Of a stretch of DNA of 28,971 nt, positions 17,265-25,387 are shown piece after piece; within the stretch, counting starts at the first letter, position 1, and each line of letters starts with the position of its first letter. Source of the stretch: Acidobacteriota bacterium. GTDB lineage: Bacteria; Acidobacteriota; UBA6911; JACQSX01. Both the position numbers and the translations under genes were made by a program. The notes below the pieces were generated by a model. That model was not told the origin of the DNA. It was given only the letters and a program-made list of their open reading frames with translations, and ran no database searches. The stretch is taken from the NCBI GenBank assembly GCA_036507075.1, contig DASXQR010000061.1:1-28971 (forward strand), written 5' to 3'.

Positions 17265-18152
17265 TCAGGGCTGAATGAAATTATATGCGGGCCAAGGTCC
17301 GGTGAGCTCCAGGCTGAAACCCGCAGTCTGCAAGGATTTCAGTTGATTACGGGCAGCAGCCTGAAAATGTTCGAAGCGGCGCCTGCGAACCAGGAACGCA
17401 AAGCGGCCCACTATTCTTCCCTGATCCCCGGATTCCATTTTCAAAACGCGCAGTCGCTTTGCGGCGTCACTGGCGCCCAAAAGCCTGTCTTCTATGCGGT
17501 CAAGTACCCGTCCGATTTCCAGACGCGCCTCCCGGGCTCGGAAGCTGTCGATTCGCTTGCGCTCCAGATAGGACTGGCCGGGAGATGCTGCGGCGGCTTT
17601 GTTCTCAAGCCCGGCCGTTTTATGGCCGGAACGAAGAATGCCGGCGCGCAGTTTCGATGCGTCAAAGTAAACATTCACTCCCCATTCCTCTCGACCTCTC
17701 AAGCGTTCCAGCACGGGAAGAAGGTCATCAGTCCGTTCTCGCAGCATTTTTCCAAGCCGCATACGATCCAGATAGAGGGTGCCAAATCGAAGGGGGATAA
17801 CGCTGATCACAGAAGCAAAGTGTTGCACCACTTTTTCATGGCGTATCGCCCGGGTGGCCGTCCAGGCAGGATCCGCCAGGTTGACTTCGAGTTCATTCCG
17901 TCCGTATTCGCGCAACGGGACGGCGCTTACCACCGCCGCCAAGACCGGCTGTGAGTTGTCAGCCTTACCGGACCGGGCTGCGACCAGTTCCAGTCTGCTT
18001 CCCGGCTCCAGCGAGTCGGGTAGCGTCGCAGTGAAATACTCCGATAGGTCACCCTGCAACCCAATGCAGTAAACATAGATGGCGCTGGCAGGTCTTTTTT
18101 TTCGCGTTCTGCGGGGTGGCGTGGGCTGTCGTCTGCCTTTTGGCTTACGCAT
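17265..18152 (-). CDS. gvpL: GvpL/GvpF-family gas vesicle protein (GvpL-like)
   Basis: IYVYC, NLADPAWTATRAIRHEKVV, IPLRFGTLY, EEWGVNV, SPGQSYL and LTGPWPAYNF. Confidence 0.85.
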   Translation of the reverse strand: MRKPKGRRQPTPPRRTRKKRPASAIYVYCIGLQGDLSEYFTATLPDSLEPGSRLELVAARSGKADNSQPVLAAVVSAVPLREYGRNELEVNLADPAWTATRAIRHEKVVQHFASVISVIPLRFGTLYLDRMRLGKMLRERTDDLLPVLERLRGREEWGVNVYFDASKLRAGILRSGHKTAGLENKAAAASPGQSYLERKRIDSFRAREARLEIGRVLDRIEDRLLGASDAAKRLRVLKMESGDQGRIVGRFAFLVRRRRFEHFQAAARNQLKSLQTAGFSLELTGPWPAYNFIQP

Positions 18153-18216
18153 GTCTGCAACTCAGATTTTCAACATGAAAGCCATTCTAACAGGTTTGTG
18201 AAGACGGCCCGTTGCA

Positions 18217-18251
18217 TTCACCGCCGAGTCGCAAGGCGTCTTTGCGGTGAA
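18217..18251. repeat. Short TTCACCGC...GCGGTGAA palindromic element inside the gvp operon
   Basis: 8-bp inverted termini. 18210-18224 is the exact reverse complement of 24436-24450. Confidence 0.75.
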
Positions 18252-18296
18252 GGCAGTGTGGCGAATCGGCAGACGGTAGATTGGAACATCACGTCC

Positions 18297-20381
18297 TTAC
18301 AGGCGTGCACGTGTTTTTTTTCTTTCAGCGCGGGGGCCTTTGACTCCGTCTAAACCCACAGCCCTCCATTGCCTGAAATGCCGCTGCAAAAGATCAGGGC
18401 CTCTTACTTCACCCGGCTGTTGCGGCGCGATAAATAACTGCAGCGCAGGGAATGCCTTCCGAAACTGACCGGTTATTGTGTCCTGACCCTGACGACGAGC
18501 GGCGCAGAATTCACATTTTGCGGCCGCTTCTTCAGGAATGACATTATTGATGATCAGGCACCGCATGGGGGTTTTGAGTTTCTTCAATGCCTCCGCCAGT
18601 CGGACTGTTTCCTCCAAGCTCATTTTTTCGGGGATTGCGACGCCCACAAATTCGCAGCAATCCGCGTCGGTCAATAACGCGGCCACTCTCTTGATGCTTT
18701 TCGAAAGCGAGACCAGCTCTTCGGCCAGCGAGCGCCATCGGACCACATTTTTATATTTCAAGAGTAGACGGATAAATGTGTGCACCCACGATATGGCAAT
18801 CGAAGGTATCTGCAGAAATCGCAGCAGGTGTCCCGTTGGAGCGGTGTCCAAAATGGTGACGGAATAAGCGTCTTGATCCATCAGGTCGCTGATCGCGCTC
18901 AAAGCCATGATCTCGTCGATTCCGGGAGGCGCCAGCGACACCAGTTCCCGCAGCGAGTCGCGCTCGAACTGGATCTGCCAGCGCGAATCTCCTGTCAGCG
19001 ACTCGAATACCTCATCGGTCCAGGCCCGATAGCGCTCCTTCACCTCTTCAAACCGTTTTTCCGGATTCATCTCCATGCCGTCCAGATTGGATAAGCCGGC
19101 AAGCCCGCTCTTTTTCTCTCCAATCGCCTCTGCGAAACTGTCCGACAAGGAGTGGGCCGGATCGGTGGATAAGATAAGCACCCGCGCTCCAGGATTCTTC
19201 TGCGCCAGTGCCAACGCCACGGAAGCGGCGGCCGTTGTCTTTCCCACGCCGCCTTTGCCTCCAAAGAGAAGCAGTTTGCGCAGTGACAAGGGAAATTCCT
19301 CCCGCGCCGGCGCACTTCTTTCAAAATCGCGCAGCGCCGCTTTTTGCGCCTTCCCCGAATCAACGGAAACGGGCAGGTCGGATGTGGATTCATTCCAGGC
19401 AAAGCCGGCGAAAAGCCGCAGCAAGGCGGGCCCGCGCAGCTCCTTTTCAAAAAGGGGAACCCGGTGAGTGCGAAGATCTCCAAAGCGCTTGGCGATCTCC
19501 GACAGCCAGGGCTGCTGGCTCGCAACGCGCGCCCGGCAATAAAGGCAATCCGCGTGCTCCTGCTCGACGCGATTTACGATCAAGTCCGTCACCGGCACCG
19601 ACAGGCGCCGCAGTGACTGCAGATATCGCGTCGATTCCTCCACGCTCAACGCTTCCGGGATGGTGACAAGGGTGAAGGCGCACTGTTTTGCGTCGTAGAG
19701 CATTTTTTTCACGCGCTGGACACGTTCTGTCAAATCGCGCAGAAACAGGTCCACTTCGTCTTCCCGCACGCGATGCCCGCGGGTGAGTTGCCGCACCATG
19801 AAGCGATGTTTTTCTTCAATCCGATCAAGGGCGCCGATCCATCGGGCGAAAACATCGGGAAGACTCAGCATGCGGGCGGTATGTCCCGTAGGTGCTGTGT
19901 CGATGACGCAGCGTGAAAATCGGGCGCTACTGTCCGCCTCGCTCAATTCAAACAGCGCCATCACTTCGTCCATTCCGGGAAGCGACAGGTCCAGCAGTTC
20001 GGCGATGTCTTCTTCATCGAGCAAAGTTCCGCGATTGGCAATTTCGGCCAGGATGGCGCGATGTTTTTCCCTGAATTTCTCGAAAGCGGCGGGCGCGTCC
20101 ATCTGGCGGGCCATCAGGCGCGCCCTGCCTCGTCGGGCGATTTCCACGAGTTCATCGCCGATGCGTGTTTCCAGGCTGTCGGACAGAGAGTGGGCGGGGT
20201 CGGTGGAAAAGAGCAGAATCTGTTCTGCTCCCTGCGCGATGTCCAGCAGCGCCAGCGCGGCCGCGCAGGCGGCGGTGGTTTTGCCCACGCCGCCTTTTCC
20301 TCCGAAGAACAGATATCGCGCAGGGGGAAGATGGACTTCTACTTTTGAGGGGTATCTGGTCCGGGAGGGGGCGGCTGGCAC
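18297..20381 (-). CDS. Tandem two-domain ArsA/Get3(TRC40)-family ATPase
   Basis: Each half has GGKGGVGKTT, STDPAHSLSD, PG(M/I)DE, DTAPTGH, IPE..S.EE and a CxxC.AR motif (CLYCRAR, CEFCAAR). GTG start with GAAGGA RBS, 12 nt after gvpG. Confidence 0.93.
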   Translation of the reverse strand: MPAAPSRTRYPSKVEVHLPPARYLFFGGKGGVGKTTAACAAALALLDIAQGAEQILLFSTDPAHSLSDSLETRIGDELVEIARRGRARLMARQMDAPAAFEKFREKHRAILAEIANRGTLLDEEDIAELLDLSLPGMDEVMALFELSEADSSARFSRCVIDTAPTGHTARMLSLPDVFARWIGALDRIEEKHRFMVRQLTRGHRVREDEVDLFLRDLTERVQRVKKMLYDAKQCAFTLVTIPEALSVEESTRYLQSLRRLSVPVTDLIVNRVEQEHADCLYCRARVASQQPWLSEIAKRFGDLRTHRVPLFEKELRGPALLRLFAGFAWNESTSDLPVSVDSGKAQKAALRDFERSAPAREEFPLSLRKLLLFGGKGGVGKTTAAASVALALAQKNPGARVLILSTDPAHSLSDSFAEAIGEKKSGLAGLSNLDGMEMNPEKRFEEVKERYRAWTDEVFESLTGDSRWQIQFERDSLRELVSLAPPGIDEIMALSAISDLMDQDAYSVTILDTAPTGHLLRFLQIPSIAISWVHTFIRLLLKYKNVVRWRSLAEELVSLSKSIKRVAALLTDADCCEFVGVAIPEKMSLEETVRLAEALKKLKTPMRCLIINNVIPEEAAAKCEFCAARRQGQDTITGQFRKAFPALQLFIAPQQPGEVRGPDLLQRHFRQWRAVGLDGVKGPRAERKKTRARL

Positions 20382-20393
20382 GGATCCTTCCGC

Positions 20394-20720
20394 TCAGCGT
20401 TCGCCGGGTTCCCATGGACCACCCTGTTCGTCTCCTCCGGCTTCAATGACAATGGAAGACGAATCGGCGGTGTGTACCTGCTGCAGCATTTCGAGCTGCC
20501 GCGCCTTGATCGCCCGCAATCGAGCGAATAACTCGGCTTCGCGTTCGGCGAATTCCTCTTCTGAGATTTCACCCAGCTCGAGGCGCATTTGCAGTTCGAG
20601 CAACTGCTCCTTGATTACAGTGTCATCATTCAGTTCCTGGTCCGCAATTTTCTGGATTTGCCTGAGAATGAATGTGAAGCCGTTGACGGGAGCCAACAGC
20701 AGGTCGTCTATCAGGAACAT
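20394..20720 (-). CDS. gvpG: Gas vesicle protein GvpG
   Basis: MFLIDDLLLAPVNG...I...ADQEL.D...IKEQLLELQMRLELGEISEEEF..RE.EL..RL, directly after gvpF. Confidence 0.93.
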   Translation of the reverse strand: MFLIDDLLLAPVNGFTFILRQIQKIADQELNDDTVIKEQLLELQMRLELGEISEEEFAEREAELFARLRAIKARQLEMLQQVHTADSSSIVIEAGGDEQGGPWEPGER

Positions 20721-20723
20721 CGG

Positions 20724-21554
20724 CTATTTTAGAACGGCTTCTGAAGCCGCGTCGCCGCGCTCCAGCTTCAGCCGGATGTGCACGAAGTTGTAAGGCGGCC
20801 AGGGACCGCTGTATTTGAAAGACAGCTTCCCCTCGTACTTGCCGGCGATCTCCTTAACTTTTTGATCGAATTCCGCTTCGCGCTGCCGCTCCACAAGGAA
20901 CGCGGCGTTCATGATCATCTTGTCCCCGATCGGTTTGTTTGCCCGGGATGCCACGGCGGTGTCGCGCAGAATGGAATACACTTCTCGCACATAAGCGTCG
21001 GATTTTTCCGTCAGTGTTGTTTCCACCAGCCGGCCCAGTTGCATGCGCGCAAAATAGGTCGATCCGCTGGCCGAGGTTATCTGCTCTTTCAGGTGCCGAA
21101 TCTCCTCGTTTTCCTGTTCGATTTCGGCGATTACCTTGTCCCGGTCCCAATTCACCTTCAGCCCGAATTCCACTTTGCCTTCCATTTTTGCAAACACATC
21201 GTGCAGGGCGTCGTAGGTGCCGCGCATCAATTCGATGATGTCCTGTTCGGTGCGGAACAGCGCGCCAAATGCCATCGGCAATACGGTAAATTCGCGCATT
21301 ACCGTCTCATTCACCTGTTCGTGGGCAAAAACGTTTTCGCGGGTCGGATCGTAAACGATCAAGGGGGTGTTGGAAACGACTGCCGCCAGTCCTTCGTGGT
21401 GCACGGTATAAACTTCATCGCCGCGACCGCCGATTCCGATCGGCCCAAACGAACGTGGTTCCTTGGATTCGATAATGCAGTAAATGTACTTGCCCTCCGC
21501 CGGCGGGGGTTGTGAAGCTTCCGGATTGAGAGCGGGGTTCTTCTCTGTCGACAT
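20724..21554 (-). CDS. gvpF: Gas vesicle protein GvpF (GvpL/GvpF family)
   Basis: GKYIYCII, LAAVVS, PTRENVFAHEQVNE, TVLPMAFG, GKVEFGLKV, MIMNAAFLV, YSGPWPPYNFV. ATG at 21554 with GGAG RBS. Confidence 0.93.
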   Translation of the reverse strand: MSTEKNPALNPEASQPPPAEGKYIYCIIESKEPRSFGPIGIGGRGDEVYTVHHEGLAAVVSNTPLIVYDPTRENVFAHEQVNETVMREFTVLPMAFGALFRTEQDIIELMRGTYDALHDVFAKMEGKVEFGLKVNWDRDKVIAEIEQENEEIRHLKEQITSASGSTYFARMQLGRLVETTLTEKSDAYVREVYSILRDTAVASRANKPIGDKMIMNAAFLVERQREAEFDQKVKEIAGKYEGKLSFKYSGPWPPYNFVHIRLKLERGDAASEAVLK

Positions 21555-21586
21555 TCTCTCTCCGCCTTGGATCGGTCCGGATCTCG

Positions 21587-21616
21587 CGATCAAAACCTCT
21601 CCGATCAAAACCTCTC
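21587..21616. repeat. Perfect tandem 15-bp direct repeat (CGATCAAAACCTCTC x2) in the gvp leader
   Basis: 21587-21601 and 21602-21616 are identical. Confidence 0.9.
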
Positions 21617-21630
21617 AGGGAGTCTTTTGG

Positions 21631-21660
21631 ATTGTACGTGGCAAAGCCAGCCCATGTCAA
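21631..21660 (-). promoter_or_regulatory. Sigma70-type promoter for the gvp operon
   Basis: Minus strand TTGACA-N18-TACAAT, with the -10 about 77 nt upstream of the gvpF ATG. Confidence 0.72.
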
Positions 21661-21828
21661 AGCCCGTGCGCTTGTCGATCGCGATCACAACCGCCGGATT
21701 ATGCATAAACTGAAAGAATTGGCCGCTGATCTACCCCGAAAACACGGATTAGTATCAGCGTCGTCCGCGTAAATCGGCGGCTGGTTCCTGCAGTTTGTGA
21801 ATCACTCAGCAGGCGTGTCTGCCCGCAC

Positions 21829-21856
21829 TTGACCCGCGAAGGGAATTTCCTATAAT
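21829..21856 (+). promoter_or_regulatory. Sigma70-type promoter for the divergent di-haem protein gene
   Basis: TTGACC-N16-TATAAT. Confidence 0.65.
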
Positions 21857-22068
21857 GGGGCCAATTCCGATTTTAACTTTTCACAATTCCGGCAAGTCGC
21901 GCGCCTGCCTGTCCTGAAGAAGGCCGGGAACAGGAGTAGCTTAGGGTGACGATCGAGCGGTTTGCTTGGTCAACGCGCGCGCGATAAAGGGGCCCAAAGG
22001 AGGAAGAGGCTCTTTCAAAGAACAACGCCAGTGTTTCAGTTTGAGTTTTCCAAACCATGGAGATGATT

Positions 22069-23328
22069 ATGGAGAAGAAATTTGCATTTAATCGCGGCGA
22101 GCGGCTTTCCTGGCGCGTCGGCGCGCGATCGCGATCGGAATTGAGAGTTTTAAGAGTGCTTATGCTGTTTTTGCTGGTCGTTGCGTTGGGCTTGCCATTC
22201 ACCGGGTTTACGCAGACAGCGATATCTGAGGCGCCGGCCGGTTTTGACAATCAGACCAACGGACTTCTCACCAATATCCAGTTCAAGAAAGCCAAAGCAA
22301 AATTCGAGGAACGGGAGGAAATAGAAGAGGGGCTCGGACCCGTGTTTAACGCGCAGTCCTGCGGGGAGTGCCACCAGACCCCGGTGACCGGCGGTATCAG
22401 CCAGATTACAGAACTGCGTGCGGGCCACTACGATGAACTGACCACGCACTTCACCGATCATCCCGGTGGTTCGTTGATCAATGACCGTACGATTCACGGC
22501 TCCATTCAGGAAACCGTAATGTACGGCAACGAAGTCCGTACCTTCCGCACGTCGCTGAACACATTGGGCGACGGATTCGTGGAGTGCGTCGATGACAATA
22601 CACTGATTGCGATTTCCAACAATCAACCGGCGGATATGCGTGGCCAGGTCATTATGGTGCCGGTACTGGAGGCCAACAGTGCGCTGCGCGTGGGGCGTTT
22701 CGGATGGAAGAACCAGCACGCCAGCCTGCTTTCGTTTTCAGCCGACGCCTATCTCAATGAGATGGGGATCACCAGTCCTTTACAGCCGACCGAAAACACT
22801 TCTAATGGCCGGTCCCTGTCAGACTTCGACTCAGTCCCCGATCCCGAAGATGAGGGCGATGATGTGCGGGCGTTTGCAGCCTTCATGCGGGCTACCAAGG
22901 CGCCCCCGCGCGGCGCCGGCGACACAGGTGCTGGTGCTGCTTTGTTCAACAGTATAGGGTGCGCTACATGCCACACTCCGACGATTGTAACGGCGCCCCC
23001 CGGCACGGTAATCAATGGCGGAACCTTCGTTGTCCCTCCGGCGCTGGGAAACAAAGTGATACATCCGTTCGGCGATTTTCTGCTTCACGACGTCGGCACC
23101 GGCGACGGCATCGTGCAGAACGGAGGTCAAGCGACGAGAAACAAGGTGCGTACCGCGCCACTGTGGGGTCTTCGAACGCGCAGTCGTCTCATGCATGATG
23201 GAGAATCGCTGACATTTGTCGACGCAATTGGACGGCACAAAGGCGAGGCGAACACTGTGAGGCTGCTTTTTGAGGGGCTGACCTCATTTCAGCAGGAGCA
23301 ACTGTTGCAGTTCCTGGGAACTCTCTGA
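22069..23328 (+). CDS. Di-haem oxidoreductase-family (DHOR-like) exported c-type cytochrome
   Basis: GLGPVFNAQSCGECH and IGCATCH haem c motifs, VGRFGWK, AYLNEMGITS, FLLHDVG, RTAPLWGLR, MHDG, and an N-terminal hydrophobic export segment. Alternative starts are 22057 and 22063. Confidence 0.88.
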   Translation: MEKKFAFNRGERLSWRVGARSRSELRVLRVLMLFLLVVALGLPFTGFTQTAISEAPAGFDNQTNGLLTNIQFKKAKAKFEEREEIEEGLGPVFNAQSCGECHQTPVTGGISQITELRAGHYDELTTHFTDHPGGSLINDRTIHGSIQETVMYGNEVRTFRTSLNTLGDGFVECVDDNTLIAISNNQPADMRGQVIMVPVLEANSALRVGRFGWKNQHASLLSFSADAYLNEMGITSPLQPTENTSNGRSLSDFDSVPDPEDEGDDVRAFAAFMRATKAPPRGAGDTGAGAALFNSIGCATCHTPTIVTAPPGTVINGGTFVVPPALGNKVIHPFGDFLLHDVGTGDGIVQNGGQATRNKVRTAPLWGLRTRSRLMHDGESLTFVDAIGRHKGEANTVRLLFEGLTSFQQEQLLQFLGTL

Positions 23329-23365
23329 AGTCGCAAGACTCAACGGCGGGCGCTGGCGCGCTCAA

Positions 23366-23572
23366 ATTCACCACCAAGGCTTAGCGCGGCAAAGCTGCAA
23401 CCATCAAGGAGAGACGGCCTGAGGGCCGTCTCTCTGCGGTGCCATGGTTAGTGGTACAGGATTGTCCGTTGTCCGTGGCCCGCTGTCAGTTGCCAGTCCT
23501 AACGACCAGTATGCAAGAACCACTGACAACGGGCCACCGACAACGGACAACCCTGTGTCCTCTGCGGTGAAT
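23366..23572. repeat. Composite palindromic element between convergent genes
   Basis: Outer ATTCACC...GGTGAAT ends. Inner 29-bp heptamer-built inverted repeat at 23462-23490/23522-23550 (27/29 match). Confidence 0.8.
23409..23434. terminator. GC-rich hairpin, possible terminator between convergent genes
   Basis: Perfect 11-bp stem GAGAGACGGCC-tgag-GGCCGTCTCTC. There is no clear U-tract. Confidence 0.4.
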
Positions 23573-23611
23573 CATTTTCACAGAGTCTCACGCCAAACCC
23601 ACGGCCAATTT

Positions 23612-23854
23612 TCAGGCCGCAAGCGTCGAATCCGAATCAGAATCGCAAACCATCGCGGGCAAACGGCGAATGGCGACGATATGGTTGGATGTCGCCCAGG
23701 CGTCATAGGCTGCGGCGGCACCGTGAATGCCGGCTTGGGCCCAATTCTTTCGCCGCAGGTTGTAAATCACTCCAAGCATGTGCAGGCTGGCTAGAGCACC
23801 GTGCACGAAAATCGCCAGCGACTGAAGATCTCGTTCACCCTTTAGTACTCTCAT
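23612..23854 (-). CDS. Small hypothetical membrane protein (80 aa, His-containing helices)
   Basis: GGAG RBS 5 nt before the ATG and two apolar helices separated by RRKNW. No family recognised. Confidence 0.65.
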   Translation of the reverse strand: MRVLKGERDLQSLAIFVHGALASLHMLGVIYNLRRKNWAQAGIHGAAAAYDAWATSNHIVAIRRLPAMVCDSDSDSTLAA

Positions 23855-24352
23855 ATTGCTCCAAGGTCCGGATGCGTCCCAGAGGATCGAATTCGTTCGA
23901 TCCTGTTCACCATCTCCGGAAAACCCTGCAGCTTATTCTGCTCCCCTTATCCCGGGGCTGCGGTTATCAATGTCACAGATGCCGGTAACAGTTTGCCTCA
24001 TCAGTGAAGTCGAAAGCGTCACCGGCTTGACACTGTTGTGAGACTCCACGCATCGGTCGGCTCCAGGGCACCTTGCCTCTGACCTGTGAGATGAAGCGGA
24101 TTCCTCAAAGTTTCAATTTGAAGACCGCTGTTACGGTTTCCTGTCGCTGCACTGACAGCGCGCTGACAGTGATCGGAGTCACGCCGGTGGCCTTTCGACA
24201 GGAAGATTTGGGACTTTTTGTTCGTGAGCGTAGAGGTGGTCGTTGCCGTCGATCGTTGACGTGCACGTCACCTCTGTCCAAATTAGCTTCAGGATTACAA
24301 GAAGAAGGGCGTGTTGCCCAAATCGGAACAGAATGGAGACGACTACATTATG

Positions 24353-24443
24353 TTCACCGCAGAGCCGCCGAGAACGCCAAGTTTCGCTGAGGTTGTGATG
24401 AAACTCTGCGGAAACTCCGCGTTCTTTGCGGCTCTGCGGTGAA
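24353..24443. repeat. TTCACCGCAGAG...CTCTGCGGTGAA palindromic element
   Basis: Perfect 16-bp inverted termini (24353-24368/24428-24443) with internal degenerate ~9-nt repeats. Confidence 0.88.
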
Positions 24444-24651
24444 TGCAACGTGTCCCTCTACGGCCGGCTTCGATTTCGGGCAACACGCCCAAAAGCGGCG
24501 GGCTATAAGTCAGCCATACCACAGTATTTGGATAGGCCTGGACATGGCACGTGCACAAAATCCAACGAGTTCGAGGAAAAAAACTAAGCGGTAAAGACTT
24601 GCTTTCCAGGGAAAAAAGGTGGCGCGCGGCCCCGGAATCTGCAATCGTGAA

Positions 24652-25353
24652 ATGATGCTGGTTTTGAGCCACCGCGGCTACCACAAGAAGGTCCCCGAGA
24701 ATACGCTGGAAGCATTCGAGCAAGCCATCGCTCTTGGCGTCGACGGGATAGAAACCGATGTCCGCCTTAGCGCCGATGGACTGCCGGTCCTCTTTCATGA
24801 TCGTCTGGCGCCGGACGGACGGCCCGTCGCGTCTTTGGCTCGCGATCAACTCAATGCGGTTGTCGGATACCCGGTGCCAACCCTGGACTCAGTTTTGGAG
24901 CGCTGGGACAACGTGATCTGGAACGTGGAAATCAAGACACCTGCCGCCCTGGACGCCACAATCCCTGTCTTGCGCAAATATCAAAGTTCAAGACGACTGC
25001 TGATCTCATCTTTCTGGCACGACGCGATCGAGGCTGTGAGACGCCACCTGGAGGTACCTTGCGGCCTGCTGATAGCTCATCGCCCGGCCAGTGTTGATCA
25101 GCTACTCGCTCTGATCGCGAGCCCTGGCTACGGCGGCGCGAATAGCGCCGTCCGGCCTGATTCGATAAGAGCGATTGTCTGGTACTTCGAGATTCTGGAA
25201 CAGGGGATGCTGGATGCTTCTTCCGAGCAGGGCATGCAGAATTTTGCATGGGGGATGACGAGCAAAGAGGAGCACCGCCAATGCGCGGAGCTGGGACTGG
25301 ACGGAATCATCACCGACCACCCTGAGTTCCTTTTGCAATACTCGCAGAGCTGA
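24652..25353 (+). CDS. Glycerophosphodiester phosphodiesterase (GDPD) family protein
   Basis: SHRG...PENTLEAF, GIETDVRLSADG.PVLFHD, VPTL, NVEIK, ISSF, GLDGIITDHP. The start at ATG 24652/24655 is inferred. Confidence 0.93.
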   Translation: MMLVLSHRGYHKKVPENTLEAFEQAIALGVDGIETDVRLSADGLPVLFHDRLAPDGRPVASLARDQLNAVVGYPVPTLDSVLERWDNVIWNVEIKTPAALDATIPVLRKYQSSRRLLISSFWHDAIEAVRRHLEVPCGLLIAHRPASVDQLLALIASPGYGGANSAVRPDSIRAIVWYFEILEQGMLDASSEQGMQNFAWGMTSKEEHRQCAELGLDGIITDHPEFLLQYSQS

Positions 25354-25387
25354 GAGCTGATTGCTGAAAGCTGAAGTACTATTGACG

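Noticed and set aside
18297..20381. Arsenic-resistance arsA
   Set aside because: No arsB, acr3, arsC, arsD or arsR is in the window. The gene is coupled to gvp genes and carries Get3-type CxxC motifs.
487..21515. Long antisense ORFs (e.g. 487-1521, 10840-11655, 13278-14123, 19783-20793, 20778-21515)
   Set aside because: They are shadows of well-supported opposite-strand genes in GC-rich DNA and show no family motifs.
21796..21811. CRP/FNR-type site in the divergent promoter region
   Set aside because: The TGTGA half-site lacks a correctly spaced TCACA partner.
23990..24020. Hammerhead ribozyme (CTGATGAG on the minus strand)
   Set aside because: No stem II followed by GAAA on the same strand. 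The nearby GAAA is on the opposite strand.
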